Positions 9,340 through 17,779 of a stretch of DNA of 64,000 bases are shown in pieces. The position numbers were made by a program, and so were the translations under genes. Each line of letters opens with the position of its first letter. Position 1 is the first letter of the stretch. Source of the stretch: an uncultured delta proteobacterium (lineage in GTDB: Bacteria > Myxococcota > UBA727 > VGSZ01); contig CAVZJB010000011.1 of NCBI GenBank assembly GCA_963775425.1, positions 64,001 through 128,000 of the forward strand, written 5' to 3'. The notes beneath the pieces are model-generated. The model saw nothing but the letters and a program-made list of their open reading frames with translations. It was not told the DNA's origin and did no database searches.

Positions 9340-9927
9340 GTGAATTCCGCGGATCATTCGACGCGTGCAGGATCGGCGACGCGCCGTGCCTGGGCGCTCC
9401 CGCTCATCTTCCTCACCGTCGCGGGCTTCGCGACGTGGGATCTGATCGAGGACATGGAGGAGGGGGAGAGCGCGGGACACGTCGCGCTCGAGGGCGTGCT
9501 CGTGGCGTGCGGGCTCGTCGGGCTCGCATGGGAGGGGCGGCGCTTCACGGAGGTGGTGCGGCGCTCGCATCGCCTCGCCGGCGAATCGCGCGTTCTCGCA
9601 CAACGGCTCGACGACACGGAGCGCGACGCTGCGCGCTGGCGCGAGCAAGCGCGCGACTTGCTCGAAGGGCTGAGCGGCGCCATCGATGATCAGCTCGAGC
9701 GTTGGGCGCTGTCGCCCGCCGAGAAGGAGACGGCGCTCCTCTTGCTGAAAGGCCTGAGCCACAGGGACGTCGCCGAGGTTCGCGGCGTCTCCGAGGCGAC
9801 GGCGCGGCAGCAGGCGCGCGCCTTGTACAAGAAGGCCGGCCTCGACGGCCGCCACGACCTGGCCGCGTTCTTCCTCGAGGATCTGCTCAGCGGGGTGGGC
9901 GACGCGCGGCGGCCGCGGGAGGCGTGA
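9340..9927 (+). CDS. Membrane-anchored LuxR-family HTH regulator
   Basis: Two N-terminal TM helices (WDLIED...GHVALE), a coiled coil, and C-terminal LSPAEKETALLLLKGLSHRDVAEVRGVSEATARQQ. Divergent from the cytochrome operon. Confidence 0.85.
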   Translation: MNSADHSTRAGSATRRAWALPLIFLTVAGFATWDLIEDMEEGESAGHVALEGVLVACGLVGLAWEGRRFTEVVRRSHRLAGESRVLAQRLDDTERDAARWREQARDLLEGLSGAIDDQLERWALSPAEKETALLLLKGLSHRDVAEVRGVSEATARQQARALYKKAGLDGRHDLAAFFLEDLLSGVGDARRPREA

Positions 9928-10699
9928 GGGCGAGGCGCGCGACGGCGTCGGCGGTCTGCGGGGCGTCGACGATGCCGGTGTGGTCGACGCCGGGGACGTC
10001 GAGGTGCGTGACGGTCTCGCCGAGCGCGCGCAGCTTGCGCTCGAACGCGGCGGTCTGTGCGCGCATCGCGCGGTAGTCGTGCTCCGCCGTCACACAGACA
10101 AACGGGATGCCGAGGGGGCGCGCGACCGTGAGGGGCGACGCGGCGCCGAGCGCGCGCGGGTCGTCGCCGAAGGTGGGGGCGACGAACGCGCGGAAGCCGC
10201 CGTCGGGCTGGCCCTCGTCGAGCGGCTGCGCGAGCGAGAAGACGCCGGAGAGGAGCGCGAGCGCGCGAATGTCTCTCACCGAGCGACCACGCGCGGCGAG
10301 GAAGCGGGGATCGTACGCGAGCATCGCCGCCATCTGCGCGCCGGCCGAGTGGCCGGCGAGGATCAGCCGGCGCGGATCGCCGCCGACGTGGGCGGCGGCG
10401 TCGAGCGCGACGTCGACGGCGGCGGCCGCGTCCTCGGCCTCGTCGGGCCAGCGCGCGCGCGGCGTGAGGCGATAGCCGGCGACGGCGACGACGAAGCCGC
10501 GCCGCGCGAGCGCTTCGGCGAGCCGCGCGCCGTCGCGCCTGCCGCCATGCTGCCAGACGCCGCCGTGGAAGAAGACGACGACGGGCTTGCTCCGGCCCTC
10601 GCTCGCGTGGGCGTCGACGTAGAGGTCGAGCCTCTGCGCGGGGTCGGCGCCGTACGACAGCGTCGTCACCGCGATCCCGAGCGCGAGCAGCGGTCCCAT
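9887..10699 (-). CDS. Alpha/beta hydrolase (BD-FAE/HSL-like esterase)
   Basis: Motifs LDLY, FFHGGVW, YRL, the GHSAG nucleophile elbow and a terminal DH. Confidence 0.85.
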   Translation of the reverse strand: MGPLLALGIAVTTLSYGADPAQRLDLYVDAHASEGRSKPVVVFFHGGVWQHGGRRDGARLAEALARRGFVVAVAGYRLTPRARWPDEAEDAAAAVDVALDAAAHVGGDPRRLILAGHSAGAQMAAMLAYDPRFLAARGRSVRDIRALALLSGVFSLAQPLDEGQPDGGFRAFVAPTFGDDPRALGAASPLTVARPLGIPFVCVTAEHDYRAMRAQTAAFERKLRALGETVTHLDVPGVDHTGIVDAPQTADAVARLALTPPAAAARRPPR

Positions 10700-10729
10700 A
10701 CGCTGCCTACGACCGGGCACCCCACCTGG

Positions 10730-11332
10730 TTCGCCGACGAGCCTCCGGCGGCATCCGCCTCACGAGCGATCAGCTCTCCGCGGGCCAGGGCGGGCGCGAC
10801 TCCTGCCGCGGCCGGCACCTGGTTCGTCTCCGTGAACGCCTACACCAACATCGCCGGCGGACGCGTCGTCGTCAGCGCGCGCGTGCCCTCGACGGGCGCT
10901 GCCGGCGACGGCCGCGCCATTGCGTCCGACGACTTCGCCTCGTCGACGTGGTCGGGCGGCGACGGCTTCGAAGGCGCGTGGACGCACTCGGGCGACGCCG
11001 TCGTGTCGAGCGGCGCGGCGTGCTTGCGCCAGAGCACCGGCGACATCCGCCGCGCCGTCGATGTCGGCGGCCAAAGCGGCCTCTCGCTCTCCTTCCAGGC
11101 GCGGGTGCAAGGCTTCGAAGCCGGTGACACCGCGTCCGTGAAGGTGAGCGCCGACGGCGGCGCGTTTCAGACCGTGACGACCTTCGGCGCCGGCGACAGC
11201 GACGACACGTACCACGCGGTGCACGTCGACCTCGGCGCCTTCGCCGGCGCGTCCACGTTGGTGATTCGCTTCGACGCGCAGATGTCGTCGGCGAGCGACA
11301 CGCTCTTTGTAGACGACGTCACCGTTCGCTGA
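10730..11332 (+). pseudogene. Start-less C-terminal remnant of a secreted protein (PPC-like tail + jelly-roll domain)
   Basis: Protein-like text 'GTWFVSVNAYTNI...SDDFASSTWSGGDGFEGAW...LFVDDVTVR*' with no start, RBS or signal peptide. It abuts the divergent esterase start. Confidence 0.55.
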
Positions 11333-11495
11333 CCCCAAGCGCGCCCCGAGCGGGCACGTCGCGGCCGCGCTCGCGGCGTGCTGTTTTCGCGCGGTGTCGT
11401 TGTGCGCGCTCACGCGTCACGGCGCTCCCAAGGGCGCTGTGGCCGCTCTGTGGGCGGGCGCGGGAGTTGCGTCTCCTCCGGCGAGGAGGTCGCGC

Positions 11496-11960
11496 ATGCA
11501 AACGCCCGGCATCACCTTTACGGTTTGCGCGCTTGCCGCGTGCGCTTCGCTCTCGGCCTGTGGCAGAGCATCCGCTCCGAGCCCGACGGCAAGCTCGGTG
11601 TCGCCGTTGTCGACGCCGGAAGAGCAGAGCCAGGACGTGCAGCCGATGCCGCGCGTCGATCGGGCCGCCGAGCCCGTGTCCAACCCCGACGTCAAGCTCA
11701 CGCGCCTCTACGGCAGCTACCGGCGCGTCCTCGAGCAGGCGAACCGCAAGGACAACCCGGGCCCCGGCGTCGCTCCGGTCGACGCCGCGGTCTTCGCGCA
11801 GCTCTGTGAGACCATCGGCAGGGGAGAGTCGCCGCGCGGCAGCGTCAACGACGCCACCGCGCAGTTCCTCGCGCGCAAGGAGGTCCGCGCGCAGTGCGCC
11901 GAGGTTGTGCGCCTCGGCCACGAGGCCGCGGAGCGGCGCGCCCCGCCTACTGAACGGTGA
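11496..11960 (+). CDS. Hypothetical lipoprotein
   Basis: Strong RBS GAGGAGGT and lipobox LSAC. Confidence 0.65.
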   Translation: MQTPGITFTVCALAACASLSACGRASAPSPTASSVSPLSTPEEQSQDVQPMPRVDRAAEPVSNPDVKLTRLYGSYRRVLEQANRKDNPGPGVAPVDAAVFAQLCETIGRGESPRGSVNDATAQFLARKEVRAQCAEVVRLGHEAAERRAPPTER

Positions 11961-13518
11961 CGTCGAGGCCGTAGTTGAACACGTCGGCGCCCGGCTCCGG
12001 CGCCGGCGACGCGCCCACGCACACGAAGAAGGTGCCCGAGCTCTGCAGCGCGTCGGTGGTGGCGCTCGAGCAGAGGTTGCCGTTGGCGTTGTCGATGTCG
12101 TCGTTGTCGACGAGGTTGGTGATGCCGTCCGTGTCGAAGACGGTGACGAGGGAGTCGAGCTTGGCCGCGAGACAGCGTCCGTCGCCGCCGTCGGTGACCT
12201 CGGCGGTGATGGTCTGGCCGGCGTTGGCCGCGATGGAGACGCAGTCCTGATCGGTGTTCGGGAAGATCAAGCCCGTGTAGCCGGCCGCGAACGCGTTCAC
12301 GGTGACGGGCGGCGTGTCGTTGGGCTCCACCTCGGTGACGGTGCCGTTGGCGATGGTCAGCGTGTACGTGCCCTCGTCGGCCTGGGTGAACGCGTTCACG
12401 ACGAGCGTCACCGGTGTCCCCGCCGTGGCCGGCACGAAGAGCTGTTCATCCTCTCCGGTGCCGCCGTTGTCCGCGCAGATGAGCTCGCTGTCAGGATCGG
12501 CGCACGAGCTGCGCGCGAACACGCCCTGGTCCGTGGCGGACGACAGCGTGGCCTGGACGAACCCCGCCGACGCCGGCGTGAACGTCCAGACCTGCTCGGC
12601 GACCGGGTCCATGCAAGAAGACGCGATGACGCCGTCGGCGTTGGTGGTGTCGCCGTTGTTGGCGCCGACCGCCGCCGTCTGCGCCGCGACGCACGTGTCG
12701 ACGCAGCCGCTGGTGTCGAAGGTGCAGTCGGCGTTGCAGGCGAGCGTGCCGGTGGACTGCGGGAGCGCGTCGCTGCACACGCTGCCGGTGACGGGGTTGC
12801 CGTCGCACTGCTCGGCGCCGGTGACGTTGCCGTCGCCGCAGTTGCTCGCCGCGAACGCGACGTTGAGCGTATACGGCCCCGGGGCGGCGCCGTTGGTCGG
12901 GTCCACGAAGGTGTCGACGACGATGAACACGGCGGCGCCGCCGGCGACCTCGAAGACGCCGGTCTCGTCGGTGCCGCCGGCCGCGTTGTCGATGCAGTCG
13001 TCGCCGTTGCCGTCGGTCAACGCGGTGGCGCCGTCGGCGCAGGCGGTGCGGACGTAGAAGCCGAGATCGGTGGCGGCCGTGAGGGTGACGGTGAGCTCAC
13101 CGCCGTGGTCGGGGGTGAAGGCCCAGACCTGCTCGGCGCCGGTGGCGTCGTCGAGGCAGCCGTCGCCCACGAGATCGGTGGTCCCGCCCGTGGTGTCGCC
13201 GGCGTTGTCGCCGGTGACGGCGGTGAGGGGCGTGACACAGGCCGCGGGAGGCTCTCCTTCGCCTTCTCCTTCTCCTTCGCCTTCGCCCTCTCCTTCGCCC
13301 TCTCCTTCTCCTTCTCCTTCGCCTTCGCCCTCTCCTTCGCCTTCGCCCTCGCCTTCTCCTTCGCCCTCTCCTTCCCCTTCGCCCTCGCCTTCGCCTTCAC
13401 CCTCGCCTTCGCCGACGTCGCCCTCGCCTTCGCCTTCGCCTTCGCCGGGCGCGGGGCAGCCGGTGAAGAGCCACGGGGAGACGAACAGAGCCAGGACGAG
13501 GAGACGAACGCGCAGCAT
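11947..13518 (-). CDS. Cys-rich surface lipoprotein with a (Gly-Glu)n stalk and PPC-like domains
   Basis: Lipobox FTGC, a GE repeat, two 'EQVW.FTP...T.T...TD.G...R..CAD' repeats, a Myxococcus Cys-rich repeat 'CGDGNVTGAEQCDG', and an EVEPND PPC-like C-domain. Confidence 0.85.
   Translation of the reverse strand: MLRVRLLVLALFVSPWLFTGCPAPGEGEGEGEGDVGEGEGEGEGEGEGEGEGEGEGEGEGEGEGEGEGEGEGEGEGEGEGEGEGEGEGEPPAACVTPLTAVTGDNAGDTTGGTTDLVGDGCLDDATGAEQVWAFTPDHGGELTVTLTAATDLGFYVRTACADGATALTDGNGDDCIDNAAGGTDETGVFEVAGGAAVFIVVDTFVDPTNGAAPGPYTLNVAFAASNCGDGNVTGAEQCDGNPVTGSVCSDALPQSTGTLACNADCTFDTSGCVDTCVAAQTAAVGANNGDTTNADGVIASSCMDPVAEQVWTFTPASAGFVQATLSSATDQGVFARSSCADPDSELICADNGGTGEDEQLFVPATAGTPVTLVVNAFTQADEGTYTLTIANGTVTEVEPNDTPPVTVNAFAAGYTGLIFPNTDQDCVSIAANAGQTITAEVTDGGDGRCLAAKLDSLVTVFDTDGITNLVDNDDIDNANGNLCSSATTDALQSSGTFFVCVGASPAPEPGADVFNYGLDVTVQ
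13253..13445. repeat. Hexanucleotide-period repeat encoding about 30 Gly-Glu units
   Basis: Degenerate (ccttcg/ccctct/ccttct)n on the + strand, interrupted once by GDV. Confidence 0.95.
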
Positions 13519-13630
13519 GGGACCTCCGGAGGACGGCGGACCCTCACCGCGAATGGACGTTCGGGCAAGCCCCCGATCGCCCGATGTCAGGCCGGCGGGC
13601 GGGAGCGAAACGCCCCATCCGCCCGCGTCG

Positions 13631-14377
13631 TCAGCGCAGGGTCTCGGCGAACAGGCGGAGCACGCGCTCGACGTGCTGCTCGCCCGCGGCCGCGTCATAG
13701 GCGGGGGTGTCGAGGACGGCGAAGCCGTGGGCCTTGCCCGGATACAGCTCGATCTCGTGCGCCACGCCCGCGGCGGAGAGCGCCTGCTCGAGCGCGGCCC
13801 GCTGCTCGGGGGTGCAGGAGCGGTCGTTGTCGGCGCAGCCGAAGTAGAGCCTGGCGGAGATGTCGCGGGCCTTCCTGTGCGGGCTGTTGGGATCGTCGGT
13901 GACGGGGTTTCCGCCGTGGATGGACGCGGCCGCGGCGAGGCGGTCGGGGTACGCCGCCGCCGAGCGGAAGGCGAGGGTGCCGCCCATGCAGTAGCCGACG
14001 GCGCCGGCCTTGCCTGCCTTGACCTCGGGGATCTTCCCGAGCGCGTCGAGGTAGAGGCCGACGTCGCGGATCGTGGGCGCCGGATCCTTCATGCTCGCGA
14101 GGAGGTTCATGAGGCGCGTGCGCTCCCCTTCGTCGGTCCACACCACCTTCGGGTCGAACGGCTTGAAGTCGCCTGCGCGGTAAAGGAGGTTCGGCACCAT
14201 CACGAAGTAGCCGGCGTCGGCGAAGCGTGCGGCCATGGTCTCGAGCGCTTCGCGCATGCCCATCGCGTCCATGAAGAAGATCACGGCGGGCCAGGGGCCC
14301 TGGCCGTCGGGGTGATGGGTGCTGGCCTTGACGACGCCGTCGGGCGTCTTGATCTCGATGGAGCCTCGAACCGTCAT
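13631..14377 (-). CDS. Dienelactone hydrolase family protein
   Basis: GYCMGG nucleophile motif and YPGKAHGF. Confidence 0.9.
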   Translation of the reverse strand: MTVRGSIEIKTPDGVVKASTHHPDGQGPWPAVIFFMDAMGMREALETMAARFADAGYFVMVPNLLYRAGDFKPFDPKVVWTDEGERTRLMNLLASMKDPAPTIRDVGLYLDALGKIPEVKAGKAGAVGYCMGGTLAFRSAAAYPDRLAAAASIHGGNPVTDDPNSPHRKARDISARLYFGCADNDRSCTPEQRAALEQALSAAGVAHEIELYPGKAHGFAVLDTPAYDAAAGEQHVERVLRLFAETLR

Positions 14378-14901
14378 TTCCCCACTACCTCCGCGGTGAC
14401 GTGAAAGTTGGCGTCGACGTGCACGGTGGTGGTCTCCGCGGGGTGGCGGGCGGTGACGTCGGCGGTGATGGACATGCTCTTCGCCTTCACATACGGCGCG
14501 AGCTCGACGTCGTCGAGGTCGCAGTCGAACACGCGCACGCCGTCAGGGACGTCCTTGTGCGCGACCTCGGCCTTGTCGACGCCGTCGGCGGCGGCGGAGA
14601 ACGCGATCTTGTCGAGGAAGTCGAAGTTGCCGTCGACGGGCTCCGTCACCGAGAGCGTGAGCTTGGTGAGCTTGGTGGACGTGACCTGATCCTTGCGCGT
14701 GTCGTTGTCCTGGAACTGCTGCGACTGCGACAGGTCCATGGTGACGAACGAGCCGAAGCCGAAGCCGTCGAGCACCTGCTCGAGGAGCGAGCCCTTGTCG
14801 ACGGTGGTGTCTCCCGAGACGGGCACGTCAAAGTCCACCGTGGGGACGCAGCCGCCGCAGATGACGGCGGCGGCGCACGCGAAGAGCCGGCGCACGCTCA
14901 C
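14374..14901 (-). CDS. Hypothetical lipoprotein
   Basis: Lipobox-like CGGC. Translationally coupled to both neighbours. Confidence 0.75.
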   Translation of the reverse strand: MSVRRLFACAAAVICGGCVPTVDFDVPVSGDTTVDKGSLLEQVLDGFGFGSFVTMDLSQSQQFQDNDTRKDQVTSTKLTKLTLSVTEPVDGNFDFLDKIAFSAAADGVDKAEVAHKDVPDGVRVFDCDLDDVELAPYVKAKSMSITADVTARHPAETTTVHVDANFHVTAEVVGK

Positions 14902-15410
14902 CCCGCGCCCGCGAGGTAATCGATCTTGCCAAGCTCGACGCCGTTGTGGCGGAGGATCGAGTACGCCGTGGTGGTGTGAAAGAAGAAGTTGGCGAGCGCG
15001 AAGGTGCGCACGTACTCGAGACCGTTCTTGAAGCGGCGCTCGTGGCGACCGGTGTTGTAGACGATCTCGCGATCCTCACTGCCGTCGAGCGTCGCCGCCT
15101 GGATGCCGTCGAGGAACGCCACGGTCTTGTCGATCCGGGCCTGCAGCTCCGCGAGCGTCTGCTCCGTGTCCTCGTAGCGCGGGACCTCGATGCCGGCGAG
15201 CCGAGCCACACAGCCCTTGGCGTTGTCCGACGACGACTGGATCTGGCGGGAGAACGGGAACATGTCCGGCGCCAGGCGCATCCCCATGAGGATGCCCGGG
15301 TCGAACTTCTTTTTCTCCGCGTGCTCGACCGCCTTGTCGATCCAGACGCGGCTGTTCTTGAGCATGCGGGTGAAGACGGGGACCGTGAGGTCGTAGAGGG
15401 AGGTCGTCAT
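14898..15410 (-). CDS. DUF1993 family protein (DinB-like)
   Basis: Motifs RLAPDMFPFSRQIQ and NFFFHTTTAYSILRHNGVELGKIDY. Confidence 0.9.
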   Translation of the reverse strand: MTTSLYDLTVPVFTRMLKNSRVWIDKAVEHAEKKKFDPGILMGMRLAPDMFPFSRQIQSSSDNAKGCVARLAGIEVPRYEDTEQTLAELQARIDKTVAFLDGIQAATLDGSEDREIVYNTGRHERRFKNGLEYVRTFALANFFFHTTTAYSILRHNGVELGKIDYLAGAG

Positions 15411-15578
15411 ATGGTCGGTGCGTAACGCCGCGACGTCCGCGGCGCCAGCGGGGACCGCCGTGCCCCGCGACGAACGGCGTCGCCCGCTGTAGCCTCGGGG
15501 CATGATCGACCTGCCCACGGCGCCGCTCGGCGCCCACCTGGACACCCCGGAGGCGCGCGGCCGCAGGGGCGACGCGGG

Positions 15579-17144
15579 ATGACCAAGAACATCAATTCCG
15601 GTCACAAGCCGCACCACACGCCGCACGCCAACAAGCACATCGGCATGCACAAGGCGCAGACGGCGGCGGCGGCGTCGAGCGTCCGCAAGGTGACCGCCAA
15701 GCACGGCGCCAAGACCGTCGCCAAGCCCAAGCCGAGGTCCACGCCCAAGGCCAAGCCGACGCCGAAGGCCAAGCCCAACAAGCACAGCCACGCATCCAAG
15801 CTGCGGCACCAGCGCGAGGAGATGCTCGCGGAGAACGCGCTCGAGGACGCCATCCAGGAGGACATCGAGGACGCCATGCACCTGGCGCACCTCGCGGCGC
15901 ACGGTCACCACATCGAGGTGGAGCTCGAGGAAGAAGAGGAGATCGAGGCCAAGGAGGAGGTGCACGACACCGGCGCCAGCAGCGCCGACGCGGTCAAGCG
16001 CAGCCAGGGTGAGTCCGAGGGCGACGGCTTCGGCGGCCAGGACCGCGGGCGCGAGGCCTACGAGCGCTATCTCCGTGGAAACGTCAGCGCAGACGCAGAG
16101 CGCTTCGATGAGCTGCGCAGGAAGGGCACGCGCGACGACTTCAACCCGGAGCGCACGCCGCTCGAGGTGGAGGCGCTGGGCACGCAGCGTGCGAGCGCCC
16201 ACCTGGTGCGGCTCGTGGAGACGTGGATGCTCGCGGGCATCACGCACGACGAGGCCCTCGATAGAGCGGCCCACTTCATCGCCGGCTTCGCGGGCGTGCA
16301 GAACATCCGCAAGGTGCTCGCCGAGCTCGAGTCCAAGCCCATCCGCGATGTCTACCCGCTCGAGGTGATCATGAGGCTCCTCGACGAGCGGCCCGAGATC
16401 CTGCCGGGGGTGCGGAGCGGCTCGGTGATCGGCAACCTCGCAGAGGTGGTCGCGGGCAAGAAGGTGCTCGCCGGCTATCCCGTCACGCTCACGGTGCCCG
16501 GCGACGTGCGCATCAAGGCCTTCGCCCTCCTCGGCGGCGGCCGCCCCGGCTACGAGTTCCACCCGCACAGGGACGAGGGGAAGTACCAACTGCTCGTCGA
16601 CACACCGGGGACGTGGACCATGGCGCTGCTCGCAGCGCCGTTGAAGGACCTCGGGCGCATCAAGCGGGAGTCCACCGAGGCGATCCTCGAGACGTTCACC
16701 TTCGATGTCTACGCCATGGGAAAGAAGGGCGAGCCGCTCACCGCCGACGAGTGGCGCGCGCTCGTTGAAAACGACGACGAGGACCTGATCGACGACGACG
16801 AGGACGACGGCGACGCCGTCGACGAAGCGCCCGTCGCGCTCGCGCCCAACCTGCCGGTGCAGATTCGACGGCAGCTCGCTCTCATCCAGCGCGACGAGCT
16901 GAGCGACACCGGCGGCGCCGTGCCGACGACGTACTCGTGGGATGCGAGCTTCTACAAACCGGGCGCGCCCATGGACGGCGAGCCCATCCTCCACCTCGTC
17001 GTGGAGCACGCGGGTCCCTTCGATCCGGCGTGGATGAAGGCCCGCGAGGCCCTCGCGCACAAGCAGAAGGAGTACGAGCCCGGCCGGGCCCTCGTCACCC
17101 CCGAGGACTTCACGTCGGCGCTGCGCCAGGCGCGCGTGCGCTGA
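15579..17144 (+). CDS. Hypothetical protein with a His/Lys-rich N-terminus and acidic tracts
   Basis: Long ORF with typical codon bias. No family recognised. Confidence 0.75.
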   Translation: MTKNINSGHKPHHTPHANKHIGMHKAQTAAAASSVRKVTAKHGAKTVAKPKPRSTPKAKPTPKAKPNKHSHASKLRHQREEMLAENALEDAIQEDIEDAMHLAHLAAHGHHIEVELEEEEEIEAKEEVHDTGASSADAVKRSQGESEGDGFGGQDRGREAYERYLRGNVSADAERFDELRRKGTRDDFNPERTPLEVEALGTQRASAHLVRLVETWMLAGITHDEALDRAAHFIAGFAGVQNIRKVLAELESKPIRDVYPLEVIMRLLDERPEILPGVRSGSVIGNLAEVVAGKKVLAGYPVTLTVPGDVRIKAFALLGGGRPGYEFHPHRDEGKYQLLVDTPGTWTMALLAAPLKDLGRIKRESTEAILETFTFDVYAMGKKGEPLTADEWRALVENDDEDLIDDDEDDGDAVDEAPVALAPNLPVQIRRQLALIQRDELSDTGGAVPTTYSWDASFYKPGAPMDGEPILHLVVEHAGPFDPAWMKAREALAHKQKEYEPGRALVTPEDFTSALRQARVR

Positions 17145-17251
17145 AAGGCTGACGAAGAATGAGGCTCGTAGCAGCACTCGGCGAAGCCGCCCACAAGGTG
17201 GCTCGCCGCGCGGAGTACGTGGCGAGGCACGTCGGCGCGCAAGAACCGCTG

Positions 17252-17590
17252 CAGGTTGTGAGGAAACGGCGGGTCCGAGCGGTGTTGTGATCCCGCTATC
17301 AGCGCGCGTGGCGGGTTCGTGCGGGTCGTGTGCGCGCCGACGTGCCTCGATGCGACGTCGGCGCGGACTTCAGGCGGTGAGCTTCGCGAGGTTGTGCAGC
17401 AGGTTGAAGGCCACGGCTGCCATCAGGGCGACCGTCGTCACCTTCGCTAGCCCCCGTACGTAGAGCGTGTCGACGCCAAGCTGGGCCTCTTCAGCTTGGG
17501 CGCTCGGAAAATCAGCGAAGGCTAGACAACGTCGCCACCGCCGGAGCTCCTTTCCGCTCCACCGTGTGGCCGTAGCACCGTCCCTTCCGG
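17252..17590 (-). mobile_element. Decayed IS1182-like transposase 3' remnant with a possible terminal repeat
   Basis: Minus strand reads LGVDTLYVRGLAKVTTVALMAAVAFNLLHNL...* (stop at 17370), which matches the 'VRGL.KV...L...A.NL' tail of IS1182/DDE transposases. The upstream part is frameshifted. AGGTTGTGAGGAAA at ~17253 is a possible IR. Confidence 0.6.
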
Positions 17591-17779
17591 GTGGCTCGGA
17601 TCAACGGTCCATCGGGCCAGCCCTCGCGGCGCGCGCTGCCGTCGCCTGCTCGGCTTGCGCCGTGGCGCCCGTCTCTGTGCCATCCGGCACCGCGGGGGTG
17701 CGGAAGCGCGCACGGGTGGGCCGGTGCGCGCGGCCCGGGGCGGCTGTCGGCCGGCACGGTTTCGGCAAGACAGGGCGGC

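Noticed and set aside
9887-9927. Convergent 3' overlaps (LuxR/esterase; also otsAB/YHS at 22646-22676 and rfbD/MFS at 60404-60423)
   Set aside because: Short tail overlaps are common in high-GC genomes, and there is no evidence of function.
13253-13445. Short-period repeat as a possible CRISPR or VNTR, and the (SP)n ORF on the + strand
   Set aside because: It has no spacers and encodes the GE stalk of the minus-strand lipoprotein. No CRISPR array or cas gene is seen in the window.
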